Assembly: GCA_964057225.1 (NCBI GenBank)
Contig: OZ059898.1
Coordinates: forward strand, 5,828,001 to 5,892,000
Source of the DNA: Auanema rhodensis
Taxonomy: Eukaryota > Animalia > Nematoda
Length of the DNA stretch: 64,000 bases
Direction of reading: 5' to 3'
Positions 60,806 through 64,000 of this stretch are shown piece by piece (the stretch's first letter is position 1; each line of letters begins with the position of its first letter). The position numbers and the translations under genes are program-made. A model generated the notes under the pieces. It was not told the origin of the DNA. It did not search any database and saw only the letters and a program-made list of their open reading frames with translations.

Positions 60806-63800
60806 TTAAATGACTCGTTCATAGATGTCGAAAGCTTCTTTAACTTTTCGAATATGGCGTTGTTCTTCAATTTCCTCTTCTAAAGCAGATTTAAAACTTG
60901 TGTTTTCCTCTTCTGTACCATCAGTAACATCATAAAACTCTATTTTCAGCGCTAAATTTGGTCAGTGACTGATGATGATGATGACTATTTTCTCTTACCT
61001 GTATCAATTTCAGTAGCACTGATAAGTTCAATCAGTGTATCACGTGAAATTGTGGCTTCAGTTACAATTTTATCAGAGTTAATTTTCTTTCTGATCTTTT
61101 CCGCGAGAAGAATTTTGTCCAAGTCCTAAACTTCCATAGCGTCCAAAAATCATGTCATTGCAATGTTACCTTATCTCTCCTTGATTTCAAAAAACTTGCA
61201 CTAAGTTGTAGCCACAAGCCCTTAAGTATGATACGCCGATAGGCCAGGACCCTGTGGGCAGCTTTTCTTTTATAGTCGGTAAGGATCTTTGCATTTTCCT
61301 CATTAGTGCGTTTCTTACACATTTTGTTGTAAAATCTGAGAAATAATACAGCTTCGTTAAAGGCCTTCCTTAATCAGAAGCTTACTCGGTAAATTCGGTA
61401 GGTGATCCTTTCGAATTAAGTGGAAATCTGAAAACTCATAGTAAGAATTATACAGACCATATTCAGGACAGTGTAACTTGTTAGGATAACAAAGGGATAA
61501 AAAAAAATTTTAAAAATTAAATTTACGTTTTCATGGCATAATCTCTAGCTACAAAAAGATGATCTAATGTGAGGGCTGCACTTCGCCAGTACTCTTCCAA
61601 TAGAGCTTCGGTAGTAGGTTTAACACCAGTAAACTAAATACCAAAGTCAAAAACTCGATTTAAAACTCAAAGAGTACATCTATATAGTTATATATAAGAG
61701 CAATATATTGCAACGTTTTTTCTTCATATGAAAGTTCATATTTCACTTTTTCTGGTGAACTATCCCATAAGCTACGTACATATGTGCTGAAAATAGTGTA
61801 GATATAAGATTAGTTAGCTAATATTTTAATACTAAGCCATGTCTCCCAAACCATCCTTTCTGAATGATTGTTCAAGAAAATTGGAATAGAAATCATCAGT
61901 TGATGCCAACGGGTTATAGTATGAGAGAGTCGCAGAAATAGCAACAGCGAACTTTAAAAAAACTCTAAGAAAGAAATAAAATAGAATTGAACCTCTTCAT
62001 TCTTCATAAAAACGTTTTCATTCAAATTGAATGGATCTGTTTGTAAATTCTTATGAAACGGTCCATAAATAGATTTAACATTTTCGTAATATTCGTTTGA
62101 GATCTGAAAGTAATTATTTTTGTCAAAATAATCAATAGAAACAAGCTACATCAACAAAATCTAAAGTGAAGGGGAAATCTTGTTTGTCCCAAAGAGGATC
62201 GTTAAAATAATACCATAGATATGCACGGTCTTGATCATCTTCATTCGAAAAATCAGCTAAACAAAATTAGAAAATGATGCTTATGAAGTAATACTCATAC
62301 TGAAAGCGATTTCAACTCCTCCCAAAATAGTAGCTAATGTTTTCAAACCTTTCATAGCTTCAGCATCAGGCATTTTTCCATTTTGTACTGAAAATGATAA
62401 AGGTATCAAAATATAAAACTAGTTGCTTATTAACCTAAAAAACTATAATTGAAGTATCTTTCAAAAACATTATCCATTTGTTTAGTTACACGAGCCATGC
62501 GTTGAGCTTGAAGTTTAGGTCTTCTCAAAAGCCCCGTTCTAATAATAGCATTCTTTCGCCTTTTGATGCTCACTAATTCAAGACTTGTATTATGTAGAAG
62601 TTGTACGGCAAAATTCTGAAATAATAAACGTCTTAATAAAAGAAACGAGAATAAACAGTTAAACAATTTGAAATAAATATTTTTCTAATACGATAGCTTT
62701 CTAATAAGATTCATGTGGATTTCAAATTAATAAATATGCTTATACCAATAATATTAGAAGAAAAGAGAACTTCGATATTTTTAGAAAATTAAGTATATCA
62801 AATTATATGATGTTCATAATGTATTACTTTCGCTTCCTTTTCCTTCACTTTCTCTTTTAAATATTGAGTCAACTGTTCTTCCGATACAAATGGTTTACAT
62901 TTTATTTGTACAGCATTCTCCTAAAAAATAATGTGATGAGCATTTCATTTGATGAACAAACCTGCTTTGATATCATAAAAGGTTTCAAATTGCATAAGGA
63001 CCCTACTTTCACAGTGATACGATAAATACATGATGATAATTCTTGTACATCAGATATGTAAGCTTCATTTGAGGCGAGTTTGGGGTTACATTCAAACTAT
63101 AATATATATAGATACTCAAATTAATTAATATTGTAATGCTTACTCTTATAGCTGTTTTCCTCATCTGATTGTTATCCGCTAAATCACAAGCAGTTCCTCC
63201 ATCGTACATTTCTTCAAAGTAAAGAAGGCGCTCTTTAGTAGATTCCTAAATTTTACATGAGTTTATTACCAATATTAATGAGATTACAAGAAAGTCTGGC
63301 ATTTCATAGCGTCCTGTGAAATATCCCAAGGAATTCAACACATAATCTTTATCACCAGCTGTAATAAAACAGTAAATTAGTAGAAAGGCAAGAAATTACG
63401 GTTTCCGTGTATTTGTTTAATACTTTTTCCTTGGCAAACTTCATATTTCCACCATCCCAGATCCTTAAACACAATGCTGCTTGAAAGAGAGAAATTGTTT
63501 CTTACCTGTTTGACACATTTTCGAACGTAAAAACTAGCAGATACAATTTCTGATAAATATTTTGGATTATAACTTTCTTTAGGGCCACTGTCCGTTTTTT
63601 CATACTTCACCTAAATGTGAATATAACCATATAACTCATATGTTTCCTAGGTATTTAATCTAACCGGGGGAATTGTACACATAAAGCGCTGGCCATTTTT
63701 ACTAACAACCTGCTGAACTCCATCCTGATCTTTCTATAATTAATGGGATTATTGCAAACATCGTATCAACAAAAAAAACCATTCTTTTCAAAATTTCCTG

Positions 63801-64000
63801 TGCATATTCTTCTATGTTCGTCTCTTTTAATTCATCTAAATTTATGGATTCATCTAACCCGTGTACCTCACTATCCAAATTAATGTCATACAATCCATAC
63901 CTGCTCAAAATATAATCTCAGCTTGTTATTTTATTTTATATACCTTATTTCTTTTACATCATAACTAGATGAAGCCTCGTTAGCAAACCAAAGAACAAAT
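60806..64000 (-). CDS. OS-9/ERLEC1-like ER lectin (MRH/PRKCSH domain); start lies just beyond the right edge
   Basis: Signal-like FVLWFANEASS at the edge; GWWKYEVCQGKSIKQIH, MYDGGTACDL, FEC...ISDVQELSSCIYRITV...LC; many 40-50 bp introns. Joining the exons below about 62640 to the same gene is inferred from contiguity. Confidence 0.75.

Overview
Eukaryotic DNA from a rhabditid (clade V-like) nematode: short AT-rich introns, TTTCAG acceptors and a clear lon-1 orthologue. Positions 1 to about 42,418 are a tandem array of a 251-bp unit, each carrying one minus-strand tRNA-Val(AAC) gene and a Pol III T-run terminator. I count about 115 full copies, one deleted copy and one cut by the window edge. 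The repeated 77-aa ORF is an artefact of reading through the tRNA. Two LTR retroelements interrupt the array, both in the tRNA orientation and both just upstream of a tRNA. (1) 6621-16375 is an intact, very young BEL/Pao (belpaovirus) element: 353-bp LTRs with no differences seen, AAGAA TSD, tRNA-Gly PBS, a single gag-PR-RT-RH-IN-env polyprotein ending in a phlebovirus-Gc-like glycoprotein, and a 3' zinc-knuckle accessory ORF. (2) 27649-31062 is an apparently non-autonomous 3.4-kb LTR element with non-canonical CG...CG termini, a 4-bp TTAT TSD and a tRNA-Gln PBS. The array ends about 50 bp before an internal exon of a plus-strand SLC26/sulp gene whose 5' part is absent, so the whole >42-kb array may be a giant intron. 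The rest holds ordinary minus-strand genes: lon-1, a TMEM272-like gene, an EAPP-like gene and an OS-9/ERLEC1-like MRH lectin.
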